A DNA stretch of 64,000 nt from Camelus dromedarius (taxonomy: Eukaryota): positions 24,988,001 through 25,052,000 of the forward strand of contig NC_087437.1 in the NCBI RefSeq assembly GCF_036321535.1, written 5' to 3'. The stretch's first letter is position 1. Every line of letters begins with the position of its first letter. Under the pieces are notes generated by a model, which was not told the origin of the DNA, made no database searches, and saw nothing but the letters and a program-made list of their open reading frames with translations. Below are positions 38,791 to 52,899 of the stretch, one piece after another. Both the position numbers and the translations under genes were made by a program.

Positions 38791-39659
38791 AATATTAAAA
38801 AAATAAAATCTGTACAGGTCAGGGAAAACTAGTAAATATAATTTTCCCTAAAAATAAGTTAAAAAAATAAATCTGATAATAACCGATAAATAAATATATG
38901 AGAAGAGAAAGGAAAGTTGTTCCTTAGAGTAGAGTGCTGACTTTAAACAGAGAAGGCATAATGGAATTAGGACTCACTATTTTGTAACCATCACTGTAAA
39001 AAGTGATAAAGAAAAGAATAACTGGATGGTAAGACAGGGATTGAGGGGGAGGTTAGATGAGGTTCAAAATGTTTATATAATTCTAAGAATCTCCCCACAA
39101 GTGATTTATTAAGTCCATCCTTATTATTTATTAATAGATTCTGTGAACTTGTGAATTCACCTACTTGCCCTTTAAGACCCCTCTGAGGAAGCAGGAAGCC
39201 ATTCACCTGTGGAAATTACTTTGACTCATCCTCTGATTCTAAAATCTGCTTTCTGTCTTCAGTTTTGGAGTCACCTTAATCCCTAAAATTTGAGGTTCTG
39301 CTTCTACCCGGAAATAGCTCTTAGTGGCTCACTCTGACATACCACAGCCCTCCTTCCTCCCTGGCCCTTAATTCCCTGTATCCGACCTCCTGGGGTTATT
39401 ATAGATGTGATCGCACAGTCAGGCCCATTTGGTACTGACTTTGTTTCTCCTCAGCAGTGCAGGTCAGGGCATAGAGTTGGACTAGGCGCGGTGGCCCAGT
39501 CAGCATAAGCCTGTTTGTGACGAGCTTCAGGTAGCCGCCCTTAGGTCTGTGATAACTGTTTAGAGAATTCCATTCTTTCTTTAGTGGATGACATGGATCC
39601 TCTTAATTGTTTCAGGTTTTTATGTTTTGGCAAATGTTCCTGAGCCATCTTGGTTTGTC

Positions 39660-39861
39660 TAGTACAATTTTCTCAACCACCGCAATATTGATATTTGGGG
39701 GCAAATAATTCTTTGTTGCTGGGAGCTGCCCTGCACATTGTAGGGTGTTTAGCAGTATCCCTGGTCTCTACTCACTAGACACCAGTAGGACTCTCCAAGT
39801 AGTGACAATGAAAAAATGTTTCCAGACATTGCTAAATATGCTGCCAATTGAGAACCACTGG
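39660..39861. mobile_element. MER20 hAT transposon
   Basis: ataattctttgttg...ctgccctgcacattgtagggtgtttagcagtatccctgg...ccagacattgc...ttgagaaccactgg. Confidence 0.88.
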
Positions 39862-39869
39862 CCAAATAC

Positions 39870-40085
39870 TTTGTTCTGAATCTCTGTTGCCTCTTATCAG
39901 CTAAGTAATCTTGAGCTGGATACTGAACCGTAGCTTAGCATCCTCAGCTCTGAAGGCGGCATCCTATTGCTTCTAATGCAAATAATTATTCAGGAGCTAA
40001 GTGAGCTAATATATTTCAAGTCCTGAGTGCAACATCTTGCACATGATACGTACTCAACTGAAAGCTCTTCTTATTTTATTATTGA
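39870..40085 (+). mobile_element. MIR SINE
   Basis: ttctgaatctc...cttgagc...cttagcatcctcagctctgaa...gcacatgatacgtactcaa. Confidence 0.6.
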
Positions 40086-41129
40086 TTGTACATAATTAAG
40101 GGAATAAGTAATAATCAAAATAAATAATTTATATGCTGCTTTTGAAACACAAAGTTATTTCATAGACAGCTGTGAGAATGACTAATTAAACAAAAGTGGT
40201 TACTTTCCTAGAAGGCCTATTATAATAATTTTACTGGTTTAATCCCATCAAAGCCCATGGAATTATGAAAAAATTTCCCAAGCCTTTTTGAGGTGTTTAG
40301 TCTAACAGCTTTAAATTTATGTGCAGATTTTGTCATGAAAATATTCTCATGAGGTCCTGGACGAATAAGAAGCCATCATCTATTTCCCCATAATTAATAG
40401 GTTTCCCTAAGAGCAGAGGCTATTTCTCCAGGGCAAAAGATATGTACAATCTATTTTCTACACAGTACACACACCACGATGACTTTCACTGAACTTGATT
40501 TTGGTAATATGCCCTTTCCTGGGAGAATATCTTAGAATCGATGTGAATTCACTCTTAGAGAGCATCAGTTTGTTATTTGAGCTGCCATATATAGTTAAAG
40601 AAAGGCAATAAATCTGAACACAGGTAAAAGTAAAAAATGTAGGGAATGAAGGAAGCTGAAAGATCTTCTCACTCCAAAACAATACTGTTTTCCAGAGGGT
40701 CTCTGTTTTAATTAAAATTCAAGCCAGTAGGACGACCTGGAAACTCTCATCTCCAGTTCGAGCTGTGTGCTAGGGCTTCTGGGTGTGGGGGGAAGCCTGG
40801 GATGTCCCAGCCCGGGGGGCCGCAAGGGCACTGGCCGCCTCTGGAGCCTCGAGCTGTAGATAGATGCTGGGGGGATGGGAGACACTTACAGAAGTGGTAC
40901 CTTGTGAGGATTTCTAGGTTACTAGAAAGATGAGTGGTATAAAGAGGGATTTCTAAGTCAGAGGAAACTCAGAAGAACCAGTCAAGCAGAGCTGTCAAGA
41001 GCTTCAGCATCCAAGAAGGCTGGTATAAAGGAGGACTGAAGATGGGACCTGGAGCAATGCTCTCAGGCATTTGCCTATTTTTATTAATGCAGAGCCACAC
41101 TCCCTGTTGAAGGTAAAGATTGAGGGCCT

Positions 41130-43040
41130 ATTTCACCCAACATTCAGCAAATGTCTGCTGACTAGGCTAACATCTGCCAGGCAATTTGTTGGGTGGTGGT
41201 GATGCAAGGACAAGTACCTTCAGGACCAGTTCCTGCTCTCATAAAGCCCTGTGAACGAAAAATACTGCAAACCACATCAGTAGACAAAGAATGCTGGAAC
41301 CATCAAGTCATCAGCGGCTGTCGCCCCGCAGTGAAGGGAAGCCTGCAGCCCAGCCTCTGCAGCCACTCACAGTGGTGCACGCTGAGGGGACGCAGAATAA
41401 GAAAGGACAGGATACTGGCCCTAGATAGCTAGGTGCTTGTCAAAGGAATGAATTCAATGAGCCCAAATGTTTGCTTCTTCCCATACCTAGAAAAGTGCTA
41501 AATTCTTAAATTTGAGATGTCTGGTTTTCTTTAGTTAACAAGTAATCTTTTAATGTTCCAACTACCTGGTCTTTGTTGTAAAGCTCCTGTATATCCCAGC
41601 TCCTCCCCTACCTCTTCGGAGCAGTCCCTCAGAGCGATCTGAGAGGCTGTCATCCTGGCTCAAGTCCTCCTACCAAATAAAACATAACTCTCAACTTTAA
41701 GGCTGCGCATTTATTTCAGTTGACAGCGCTCAAGTGTGTAAAAACTATTCATTGTCATATGAATATATGGTTTCCTACTAAGTTAGCTGCTAATCAAGAA
41801 AAGAAAATTATTCTGTTATGGTGGAGAATAAGAAAACTTGATCTACATTGTAGTGGTACTAATGGGAGTGTGGGGCAGAAATCAGGGGAGATTTCTCCCA
41901 AAAAAGTGTTTTTGTTTGTTTGTTTGTTTTTATTTTGGCTGAGATTCCATGAATGTATGGGGGATAAGCAGCACTTCACACAAAGGGAGTTCAAGAGCAC
42001 AGGCACTGGTTCGGGGGAGGACCAGAGCAGGCCTCAGTAAAGGGAAGACAGCCAGTAAGGCTGGAACTTGGCGACAGAGGGGACCGGGTCTGTGAGATGG
42101 CCAAATAAGCAGGGGTCAGACCACGCAGGACGTCACGGGCTATCAGAAGGGTTGAGTCTGTACCGTAAACTTAACAGATAATCATTGCAAGTATTTAAGC
42201 AGATGGTGAATGATCAGTCTTGCGATTTAAAATCATCCCATTGAAAACTCTGTGGTGATCAGATTGTAGGATAGAAAAATTAAATATAGAAATATCCTTA
42301 TTAGGCTTTAGCTGTGAGGTGATGCTGGCTTGGATTGGAGGGACAGAGTTCATATGAAGAGCCATGGATGAACTGGGGAGGTATAAATGGCAGGATGTGA
42401 TGAAAGATTAGACCTGAGTGTGAGAGAGAGGAAAATGTTAGAGTTGATACGTGGGATGCTCATGTAGGGAACAAAATGTATGGTGGTACCACTGATTAGG
42501 TCTGATGAGGACGATCACAGCACAGTTTGAAGTCTCTGAAATACCAGGTGGAGATGTCCAAAAGGGAGGTCTGGCCTGGAGATACATTGTGAGTCTTTAC
42601 TCTAGGTATGCATTGATGCCTTGGGCTTGAATAGGATTTCTTAGACAATAGAGTTGGAAGAGGTCTTAAGACTGAGCCTTGAAGAATTCTAACATTTAAT
42701 TAGGCAGAGGAAGATAATCTGGAAAAAGAGAATGAAAATGAGTAGCCAGAGAGAAGAGAGAAAAATGAGAAAAGTATGGCCCCACCAAAGACCAGAGAAA
42801 GGTGCTTCAGGTAAAGAGAGAAGGTTAACAGAATGGAAGCATGCTGAGAAGTGAGGTGAAGACAAGGACTGATTTGATAATAAGGCCACTGTTAACCATA
42901 GGTAGTCCTTAGCAAGAGGTGTTTTGGTGAGGACAAGCTTTCTGAAGGTTTTTGAGACAGAGGGAGTCAGAAACAGTGTCAGACAGGAGTTTGGTTACAG
43001 AGTATGAAGATAATTCTAGGAGAGGAATATAGGTCACAGG
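41130..43040 (-). mobile_element. L2 LINE remnant (discontinuous)
   Basis: 3' end cattcagcaaatg...cctgctctcataaag, then purine-rich L2 body motifs (ggtcagacca, tttaagcaga, caggtggagatgtcca, gactgagccttga). Confidence 0.75.
41250..41725 (+). mobile_element. ERV1-type solo LTR inserted in an L2
   Basis: Terminal inverted ends TGTGAACGAAAAAT / ATTTCAGTTGACA, near-TSD gccc/gcgc, AATAAA near 41676. Confidence 0.85.
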
Positions 43041-43132
43041 GAAATTATCAAAAGTTAAGCTAACAGGCACGCAAACTCATCTAAACATAGAGAAGATGTG
43101 CTTGAGAGGAAGTACCAGAATAAAAATAGAAT

Positions 43133-43237
43133 GGGAAGAGGGTATAGCTCAGTAGTAGAGCACATGCTTAGCATGCACATCCTGGGTTCAATCCCCAGTA
43201 CCTCCATTAAAGAAATAAATAAAAGAGAGAGAGAGAG
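43133..43237 (+). mobile_element. tRNA-derived SINE, camelid Vic-1 type
   Basis: A box gtatagctcagtagtagag, B box gggttcaatccccagtacc, an A/GA tail, and a degenerate TSD agaataaaaatagaat / agaatgaaacagaat. Confidence 0.88.
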
Positions 43238-44671
43238 AGAATGAAACAGAATAGAGAGTTGCTTAGAAAGATCTTGAAAACCATTTGGAATGGACAGTGG
43301 ATTACTGAGATGCTATCAAAGCTTACATGGAACCCTATATTAGCTTTTTGGTTAGCTTTATGAAAATTTTTAATCTGTTGTGATTCCTTTTCTGATTATA
43401 AAAAATATAGTTTAATTCCTAGTTTTGTATGTATAATTTTGTATGACTTTTCTTAAGGAGGGCCTCCCCTAATTACATGAGCATCCGCCCACGTGTAGCC
43501 TGGTCCATCTCTTTTTGTAACTTAATTTGTGATCAATTCAATCATATTTTTCTACAAAATGTACTAAAATAGCAGAGATTACAGTCTGAAGGGGTTTTCT
43601 CTGCTCTGGTTTCTAGAATTCATTTTCCCTTGTTCTAATGATCTGTTATTTTTGCTTGGGTTACCTTCCCTTTAAGTAGAACTAAGTTTGGTATTTTGCA
43701 GGGATCCTCCAGAGAACAGTTTTCCTGGAAGTTTTCTTTAACATATAATGACAATTCTGCAAGCTCAGGCAGAGCTTTGAAAGTTAAAGAGCTGGGGCCT
43801 CAGTTCAGTAGTTTCGGAAGCAAGGCATCCACACACTGTCATGATTTGCTGGTACCTAAGCAGCAGGAGGGATGGAAAGAGAAGGAAGACTGGATGGGTT
43901 CATCAAGCAGGGAGGAGGAACCTGTAAGCCTGATCCAAAATGTTGGCTGATGTTTTCAAAGTGAAAACGGCAGCAGAGAGATCTGGTGCGTCACAGACCC
44001 TCGCTATTTGGTTTGTAATTTCAGATCGTCTTCCATTGAGGAATAAAGAATGAGCTCAGTGGTCTGGGGAATGACGTCCTTTAGTTCTTCAGAACTGAAG
44101 ATAGCATGTTTCCAGACACATCACACACGGAAGAGGAATACTTCTGTGCAAGGCAGCATCCAGGAAGGACCGAGGAAAACGTCCACATCTACATACCTCT
44201 CTCAAATGTCCCTGTCTCGGTGCTTTATCCATTTGGGGTCTTTCCTGATCTTTACCATATCCAGTCAAGGAGAAGGAGGAAATGAAAAGAGTGTGTTCAT
44301 GGAAATGTCACTGTGGAATGTTGCAGTACTTAAAAACGATTCAAGTCTATAATTCAGTGCATTTGGATTTTAAATTACTTTTGAGGTGGGAGGAAAGAGC
44401 CATTACAGGAATATCTATCTAGAAAGGCAAACAACAATTTATATTATAATATATGTTTCAAGTGGACATCGCTCTATCTATCTATCTGCTTATCTATCCA
44501 TCTATTTCTTCTATCTCTGCCATACTCCAAGATGCCCGTCAGTGTCAGCTCTTGGGTGCAGCTTCTTTGTTCCTTGGCCCTCTCTTTTCTGTCTCTATCA
44601 TTCTAGGCTACGCTTCCTTCCTGTGCTGTCAAAAGTCTCTCATTTATCTTAATATATAAAATGCCACTGTT

Positions 44672-45862
44672 ATATTTTTTCCCAGCTTTATTGGGGTAGA
44701 ATTGACCAAAAAATTGGATATACTTAAAGTACAAAACATGATGATTTGATCTATGTATACACTCTGAAATGATGACCATAATCAGGTTAATTCACACATT
44801 TACCATCTCACATAAATCCTTTGTGTGTGTGTGTGGTGAGAATACTCTGTAAATCTCAAGTAGAAAATACGTATTATTAACCACAGTTATCATGGTGTAC
44901 ATTAGGTCCCCAGAACTTACTCATTCACATTATCACTGAAGTCTTATACTCTGACTAGCATCTCCCCATTTTCCCCACCCTTAATTCCTGGTAACCATCA
45001 TTCTATTCTCTGTTTCTATGGGTTCATCCAAATTTTTTTTTCTTTTCTTTCTTTCTTTCTTTCTTTTTTTTTTTTTTAAGTTTCCACATACAAGTGAGAT
45101 TACAGTATTTGACTTTTTTTGGTTTGGCTCGTTTCATTTAACAAACTGTTTTCCAAGTTTTATGCTATCACAAATGGCAGAATTTCTTTCTTTCTTTCTC
45201 ATGGTTGAATAGTAATACTATATATATCTGCATATAGTGTATGGATATACTATGTATATAATGTATATCTCTCTCTCACATCTTTTTGATCCCTTCATCT
45301 TTCAATGGACACTCAGATTGTTTCCATATCTTAGCTATTGTGAATAAAGTAAAGAACACGGGAATGCTCTTTGAGATAGTGAATTCATTTCCTTGGAGTA
45401 TACACTCAAAAGTGGGATTGCTATATCATATGTATATGTTTAATTTCTTGAATCATCTCCACACTGTTCTCCATAGTGGCCGTACCAATTTACATCCCAC
45501 CAACAGTGTACGAGGGTTCCCTTTTCTCTACTCCAGCACTTGCTATCTCTTGTCTTTTTGATAAAAACCGTTTTAACAGATGCGAGGTGATATCTCACTG
45601 TGATTTTGATTTGCATGTCCCTCATGATTAAGTGATGTTAAGCATATTTTCATGTACTTATTGGCCATTTGTGTATCTTCTTTGGAAAAATGTCTGTTCA
45701 AGACCTTTGCCCATTTTTAAATGATTATCTTTGATTTTTTGATTTGCTATTAGTTTGTATGCATTTCTCATACATTTTGGATATTAACTCCTTATCAAAT
45801 ATATGGTTTGCAAATATTTTTTCCTATTCTGTAGGTTGCCTTTTCTATTTTGTATTCATTAT
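44672..45862 (-). mobile_element. L1 (L1MA/MB-like) 3'UTR plus ORF2 C-terminus
   Basis: ORF 45440-45625 ([11 protein letters not shown]...KCW...GTLVHCWWDVNW) is the ORF2 cysteine-rich end; T-rich start at ~44672. Confidence 0.92.
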
Positions 45863-46339
45863 GAAACATATTTTAAAAATGCTAATCCTAAAAATTTTTG
45901 TATATATTTTTACACTTTGTTAAATGAAATGAGCTCCTTTCCCCCCTATAAGATGTAGATATGCAGTGGAATATCAAAAAATTATGCAAGAATGAACATA
46001 CATGCTTTCAGTTGTGAAGTACTATACAGTTTACTTATTTGGCTCAGTTAACTATCTATTAATTGAGGCAACATCAGATGTATTGGTAAGGATTTTTTGG
46101 GTCTTTAACTCAAATCAGCTTAAGAAAAACAAAGGGAGATTTACAATTTCATGTAATTAAAATTCTAGGGGTAAATAAGACCTACCTCAGACACACTTGG
46201 CTCCAGGGTGTCAAATTGTGTCGTTTGCAGTCACTCCAGACCTCCTCATCTTCTTTTTTTCTCCTCTCATCCTTTCTCTTGGTTCTGCTGCCTTTTGTAT
46301 GTTTGTCTTGCTTTTTATTGTTTCCTTCAGGGATATAAT

Positions 46340-46530
46340 GATATGTAATATTATCCTGGAATTGTAATATTATAATCATGCATTATAATATATTAATATA
46401 ATTAATATGTAATGTCATAATATATGTTATTATAGCATTAATTAATATTACATATTAATATAATGTATGTTATATATTAATATATAGCAATATAATTCTA
46501 TATTATAACATATATTTACTATATGAAATT
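46340..46530. repeat. AT-rich low-complexity tract
   Basis: Nearly pure degenerate (TA/TAA)n; a similar tract lies at ~47550-47660. Confidence 0.85.
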
Positions 46531-49500
46531 TTGTATTCAATTTAACATTATATCATGAGCATAATTTAATTAAAATTACATTTTAGGGATTTCTTCATGC
46601 CACTAAATTGTGAAATTTTTAAAATTAGATTCACTTTACAAAGGATTATCTTTTAAATATGATGCTTTAAAAAGACTCTTCCTTTATTATTAGAAAAACA
46701 TTACTTTTTTAAATTAAAATATGGTAACTTCTTTTTGCCTTATTGACATAGGCATCTTTTTTCTGATGAGCAGATTTGAGAAGAATATAGAGGCTGAAGA
46801 GTAATAAAATGCCATATTCTTTGTGTATGGAAATGGCAGTGCTGACCTGCCATTAGTTGGGGTACTTACGGCGCTGATAGATTTTTCTGGATCCATCTGC
46901 TTTTCCTTCCAGGCACCCCAGGCTTCTAAGGACGAAAGGCATAATGGGTGGCTTCAGAGCAGAGCAACGCTAATGAGGATGACCCTGACCTCATGAGAAT
47001 AGTGTTCTGACCCCCTGACCCAAACGGACATAGCAAAGCTGAGCAGTACATTTAAGAGCAACTTCGGGATTAGTTCTATGAGTATAAAGATAAATGAGAA
47101 AATAAGTTTCACTCACAAGTAGAGACACTTGGATAATTGTGTGATATTTGAAACATAAAACTTAAACTGAAAACTATTACACTTGTAAATTGAATTACAT
47201 TATCATTCCTTTTAACATAAGAATTACCTTTCCTTTAATACTTCCTTAGTTATTAAGAACCAAGTCTTATTATAGTAATTAAAGCTACTGAAAATGCTTT
47301 AAGCCTTTTTCTTTGTAAAGATGCATTTATTATCAATTTATTAGGTCTGTTTGAAACATGTACTGAAATTGTACTATCTTTAGAAATTTTGAAATATTGT
47401 TTCCATCAATTTGAAATATATTTAGATTATAACTGAATAGTGTCAAATAATTCTTTTGCACTAGATATTATAAAAGCCTTTTTCAACCTATAATTAGGCA
47501 TTTACCTTGCAGCTGATCTCTCCTAAAACTAATCATTCTGACGTATTACATTTTATATAATAATTATATATTATATTTAAATATATATAAGTCAAATATA
47601 TAAATATATTATATTGTATATACATTATCTTATATATAAGATAATTATTATCTTGAATCTGTTTTATTACAATCTTTGCATATAAATTCATTACTAATAT
47701 AATTATCTGATGATGTATGGAAGCTCTGCTAATATCATGAATTTAAAATTTTAAATGTTCAAATCTAAAACTTGTTCTAAACAAGTTATATCAAAAGACA
47801 TAGAATGAAATTATTATCTTGTTTCACTTTGGTAAGAGACGGGGCTAATTTTCATGATAAATCATAGGGATTTAGATGCAATATGTTTTTTGGTCATTGA
47901 AGTAACAAAAAGAACTGTGAGCTGGTCCAAGAAAAAAACAGAACCCTTGTTTCTCTCTTTCAAAAAACAAACTACCCGAATGAGAACTGATTGCACCAAT
48001 CCACTGTTTGTCCAATTACTTATTTTTTGTTTTTTGTTTTTTGTTTTTTTAGAAAAGGCAACTTCAGCTCTGGATTGCCAAACCCTATATGAAAGCAAGG
48101 CACTTTTTGACCATGGTCATCAACTTTCTATCATGACATAAAACCAGTCCTGGTACTTTCTGGAAGAGCTGAGGCACTAGCTCCAGTGTCCTGGCCAAAT
48201 TTCAATTGGGGTAATTGCCTTCTGCTGTCTTTAAAGGCCCCTGGTTGGGTTCAGTTCAATAAGAAACTCTTCACTTCCTGCCTGAATAGTTACAGAAGGT
48301 GGCAGTGCTTCAGGAAATGGTTGCTGGGTTTGCTCTTTGAATGGGTTAATGTCAACTTTGCAGTCTGCACACGCGCGCGCGCACAAACACACACACTCCC
48401 TCACTCACACAAATATATGAATGGTGAATTGAAATCCCCATGTGAAAGGTATGCTTTTGTATTCATCTACATTTTCATAAAGCCAGATCCCACTGTAACA
48501 CCACTACCATGGAAATAGGGTCCCTGTCAGTAGACAAAAATTATTCCAATTATTGAAGAAGACACTAATTATTTAATTTTTAATATCCAATTATAACTAA
48601 AGTCATAATACACAAAAGAAAAGAATAACTTCTTAGAGGAGAAGAAATGATATGTTGGATGCCCAATCTTGTGGCTCTGGGGACAGCCCAATTGATGAAC
48701 ACATTACTGTGACTTACATTAAGGAAGCTTCGACACATGTGCAGCAATTTTTTAAGGAGATTTCCAGTAACCCCTAACTACTCCAGGTTACTGTTCACAA
48801 TAAGAAGAGCAGAATTTTAGAAGTCTCCCTAAAGAGAGTAATAGCAGGATTTAGTTCCTAGTGGATTACAGCCCACATTATGAAACTACTGCACATTTGG
48901 CACAATTATGCACCACTGGCAGCCTTTTCTCAAAGGAAGCCTCACGTTAAATGAACACTTAGAATCATTTTGGAACTCATGCATCTTGCAGCTAACACTG
49001 TGCTAAGTTAAGCATCTAACACTATGCCCATCTGGTTCGAGAGGGAATATCAGGGCTGCAATATCATCAGTCCTTTCCCCTTAAAAGCTTTGATTTCATT
49101 AAAGGTGAACTGTCAAAGTGCTTTAGAAAATGAGATACTCCACAAAATGTGCTGAATAAGACAGAGGGGCATTCGGTCCATAAAGTACCATCTTACCCAT
49201 TGTTGTTTTTAAGGTTTCCCAGCATCATGCAGGTTGGCTGTTTCTCTGCTTTGATGTCTGTCCCTATGAGGCCAGTCTAGAAGATATTTCAGTGAGCCCT
49301 GGAGGGTTGAGTAATGTACGTTTGCAATAAGATGTACTGGCCATTACTCTCCAGTGTGTCGTTGGGATGAAAGATTTTCAGAAGAGAATTTAGAAACCTC
49401 AGAATTGAAATGCAGGCTTCAGTTCCCTTCCAGAACTAAACATTCAGGGAACTGAATTTCAGGGGATGAATATAAGTTTATTTCATACCGTCACTACTCT

Positions 49501-50919
49501 CACTACAAAAGGGTGCATTAAAAATTCTGCCACAAATATTTTAGAAAAATAATGAATCACAAGACCACATACCATGAATTCTAGCCCCAGCCATCTTGCA
49601 ATAAAACCTGTTTGGAACATGGTTACAAAAAGTGAATCAAGCAAGTAAGACTCCTGCAAAGATAACCAACTATGCAAAGTTCAGATTAACTTTTACTTAT
49701 CAAGAAGCCTCTGGAGCTATAGCTCAAAGATGATTTATTGCATTTACTTTATGAAAATGATTTATTTTTTGTTTAATTCACAAGGCCCTGGACTTAGTTA
49801 TCCAACTTCAAAGTCAAATTAGAAATAGCAAATTATAACCGAATTTGCCAGCACACAGTCTATGAATATTAGTGGAAAGCGATATGGTTCAGAATTTCAA
49901 AAACTACAGCAGTCTTTCATTTTCATAATTTCTTTTGCCTACAGTAGATTCTAGGAGGGGATAACATAAAATAATCTTGGCCATCATACTTTGTTTTTTT
50001 TCTTACGTTCATGTGTTAATTTTCAAAAGAATATTTGGAATTGTCATATAAATTTACAGATGTTGTATCCATAACTTTTATTTTCAGATCTCTATTTGGA
50101 TTGTTAGTCTGTTTACTCTATCATTCAATAAAAATAGTAATCATTATTTCATAGAAACAGATAAAGGGAAAAGGTGAACTTCATATTTCAACAGATTCTG
50201 AGCTAATTAGTGTCTTATGTAACAATATTTTTATTTATGTTGAGTAAAATGAAACTAATGATCCCAACTGAGCAAGCTACATTTAAAAATACAGGAGATT
50301 TTGTATTTTAGAAATATCTTCATTTGAATTAAAGTAAACTTTTAAATGTTAATACTTTTCATGGTGAATTTTTCATTGTTCTGAGAGTGAGTTTACCCAG
50401 AACTTCACAATCCTCAATGGCTCTAAATAGCTTACGTTATACTCCACAAAATATTTTGGTTTAATTTGTTTCATATTTCTTTAGTAGATCCCAGGAAAGT
50501 ACAAAGTAAAACAAAACAAAACAAAATATGGTCACCATAATTGTCTGCTTTCCTTTTATATTCATGTATTAATTTTCAAGCTACAGACCTATAATTACAA
50601 GCAGGTTTTAATTTATATTGTATTCATAATTTAATTATGTTGTATTCATCATTTTGACTTCAAATCTTTGTTTGTGTTTGGATTATTCTATGTTATTTTT
50701 TGCCTTATGAATTCCTCATTTAATCTCTTTTTCCAAATTAAAACATATATTTATATTACTGTAACTACAAAATTAATCCATAAATGCATGCTCACTGTAT
50801 ACATTTTAAATATTAGGAAGTTAATAAGACAGTAAATAAAAGTCCCTTTTAATCCTTTTACCCTCATTAAGTAGTCACTAGTCAAGGGACTGCCAACATG
50901 TGCCTTCCAGGAGTTTAGA

Positions 50920-51775
50920 GTTCTGTGGACCACTGATTCGTGTGGGCCTCTCCTTTCAGTCTATTTTGAATGAGAGTGTTTACAGTGATTATCTGATGCA
51001 TGTCCTGCCATTGTATGTCGGATGTCTTGGGAGCTGATAACTTGTCTATTTAGTTTAATTTTTTTTTAATCTATAAAAACTATTCTCAAGGAATTCATAC
51101 TTGAGAACCACACACTGAGAGATCTGATATGCAACTGAACATAATTTAGACTTTGAACTTGAACCTGAAACCATAATGGGATAAGACATTGGGGTCCTAA
51201 GAGACGAGGTGTTTATTTTTCTTTAAAATGTGTGGGATGAATGTGGATTTTATCACCAGAAGGGAGACTATGTAGGTTATATTTTATAAAACCAGCCACT
51301 GTAATATTGCTGGACCCATGCATTTTTCCAGAACCTTCTCAATCCTCCTTCAAGAAGTACAGTCTATTTCCCATTTCTTTGAAACTGGATGGAACTCTGT
51401 GGCTGCTTTGATTTAATAAAATGTGGTAGAAATGATGCTTTGTGACTTTCAGTAGTAGATCATAAAGTAACATAACTTCCTCCTGGCTCTCTGTCTCTTG
51501 GGACTCTCACCCTTTCAACCCAAACACAGTATTGTGAGGAATCCTGAACCACATCAAAACATCATTTGTAAAGTGTTCTGCTTGGTAATCTTGGCTAAGG
51601 TTCCAACTGACAGATAAGTCATCAGATGACTTTAGTTCCCAGCAAGTAAGGTATCTTTGCTGATGCCAAGCTCCACCAAGTTCTGCACAAACTACAGACA
51701 AATATGTAAGCAAAATAATTTTTTAAGTCATTAATTTGGGGGGATATTTCTTCCACACTGATAAAGATAGAACAG
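50920..51775 (+). mobile_element. Old MaLR (MLT1) LTR fragments
   Basis: agtctatttccca...tttgaaactgga...gtagaaatgatgctttgtgacttt...aaactacagac...ttttaagtca...tttggggg. Confidence 0.65.
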
Positions 51776-52899
51776 ATCACAAACTATTTTAGCTAAGCTG
51801 ATTAGAGAAAAATGAAAAGAAATCTGAACAAACGACATGGCTTCCTCCAGATGATTGATATTGTTTAGGTATTACCTACGTCTTAATAATCCAGCTTTGG
51901 GGATACTGGACTACTGTAGTTGGTCCTTTTATTGATGCTACAGGACTAGAATAGACCAGATCCATGTATATTGGTGGGGGGATGTTTAGGGGTGGGGTTC
52001 CCCCAGGAGGAAATGTATAGTCCCATTTTAAATTATACTATGAAGAGATTGATGCTGGGACAGAAAATTGAGACTCAAAATTGAGTGAATGAGTGAGCAA
52101 GCAATGGAGTGAGTGATTGAGTAAAAGGGAAAATCTTTCTTCTCTCGTTAGGGTCAGGAGTTACTCTGGCCCAGACTGAAGCACAAAGATGCCTGGAGTC
52201 CCGCTGATGGTGGTAGTCTTGCAGTGAGCTTCCCCTACAGGTGGTACAGCTGAGCTTCCTCTTCTAGTAGAAGGGATGAGATGCCTCTGGCTTCTTGAAG
52301 TCAAGGGCCATTGCAGTGAGAGCACCTGAACTTGTGCACCGTTGTTCTCTATTTTGAGCTTCCCTTTCATTATCTCTAAACTTTCAGCAAAGTTTCCTAA
52401 AGAGTTATCTCCTGAACTTTGCACTACTAAGCCTATGTAAAATCAGGGAAAAAAACCTTTTCTGTGCTTGAAAGAAGTAGCTAAGATGTCAGTGTTTGAT
52501 TCCAGAAGAGAGATGGCAATACTAGTCTCTATTGGAAAGCAGTACATAGTAGACTCGCCCTCTCGTGAAGTTTATCAGAGGCAAAGGAAGCATCTTGGTG
52601 GCATGATGCAAAGACTGGAACTAAGTAATTGGGAAGTCCCATCATCATGTCTGATCAGGCAGCAATCCAGGAGATTCTTAGGGAAAGCTAATGTACATCT
52701 ACAAAGCCCCTGAGGAAACCTCCCACGCTGATGTGGATTATAACAGTTAAACAAGCCACGTATTAGATGCTTGAACTTTGGTAAAAACATCTCTATACCT
52801 CTCAATTTTCTATTAAGATTGGTGATATCTATCTCATGGAATTGGTATGGTAGTTAAATGAGGTACTGTAAATGCACTGGCCCAGTTGAGTCCTTCTTT

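Noticed and set aside
43141..43206. tRNA-like A/B boxes (also 53161-53228) as tRNA genes
   Set aside because: A-rich tails, TSDs and degenerate arms identify them as SINEs.
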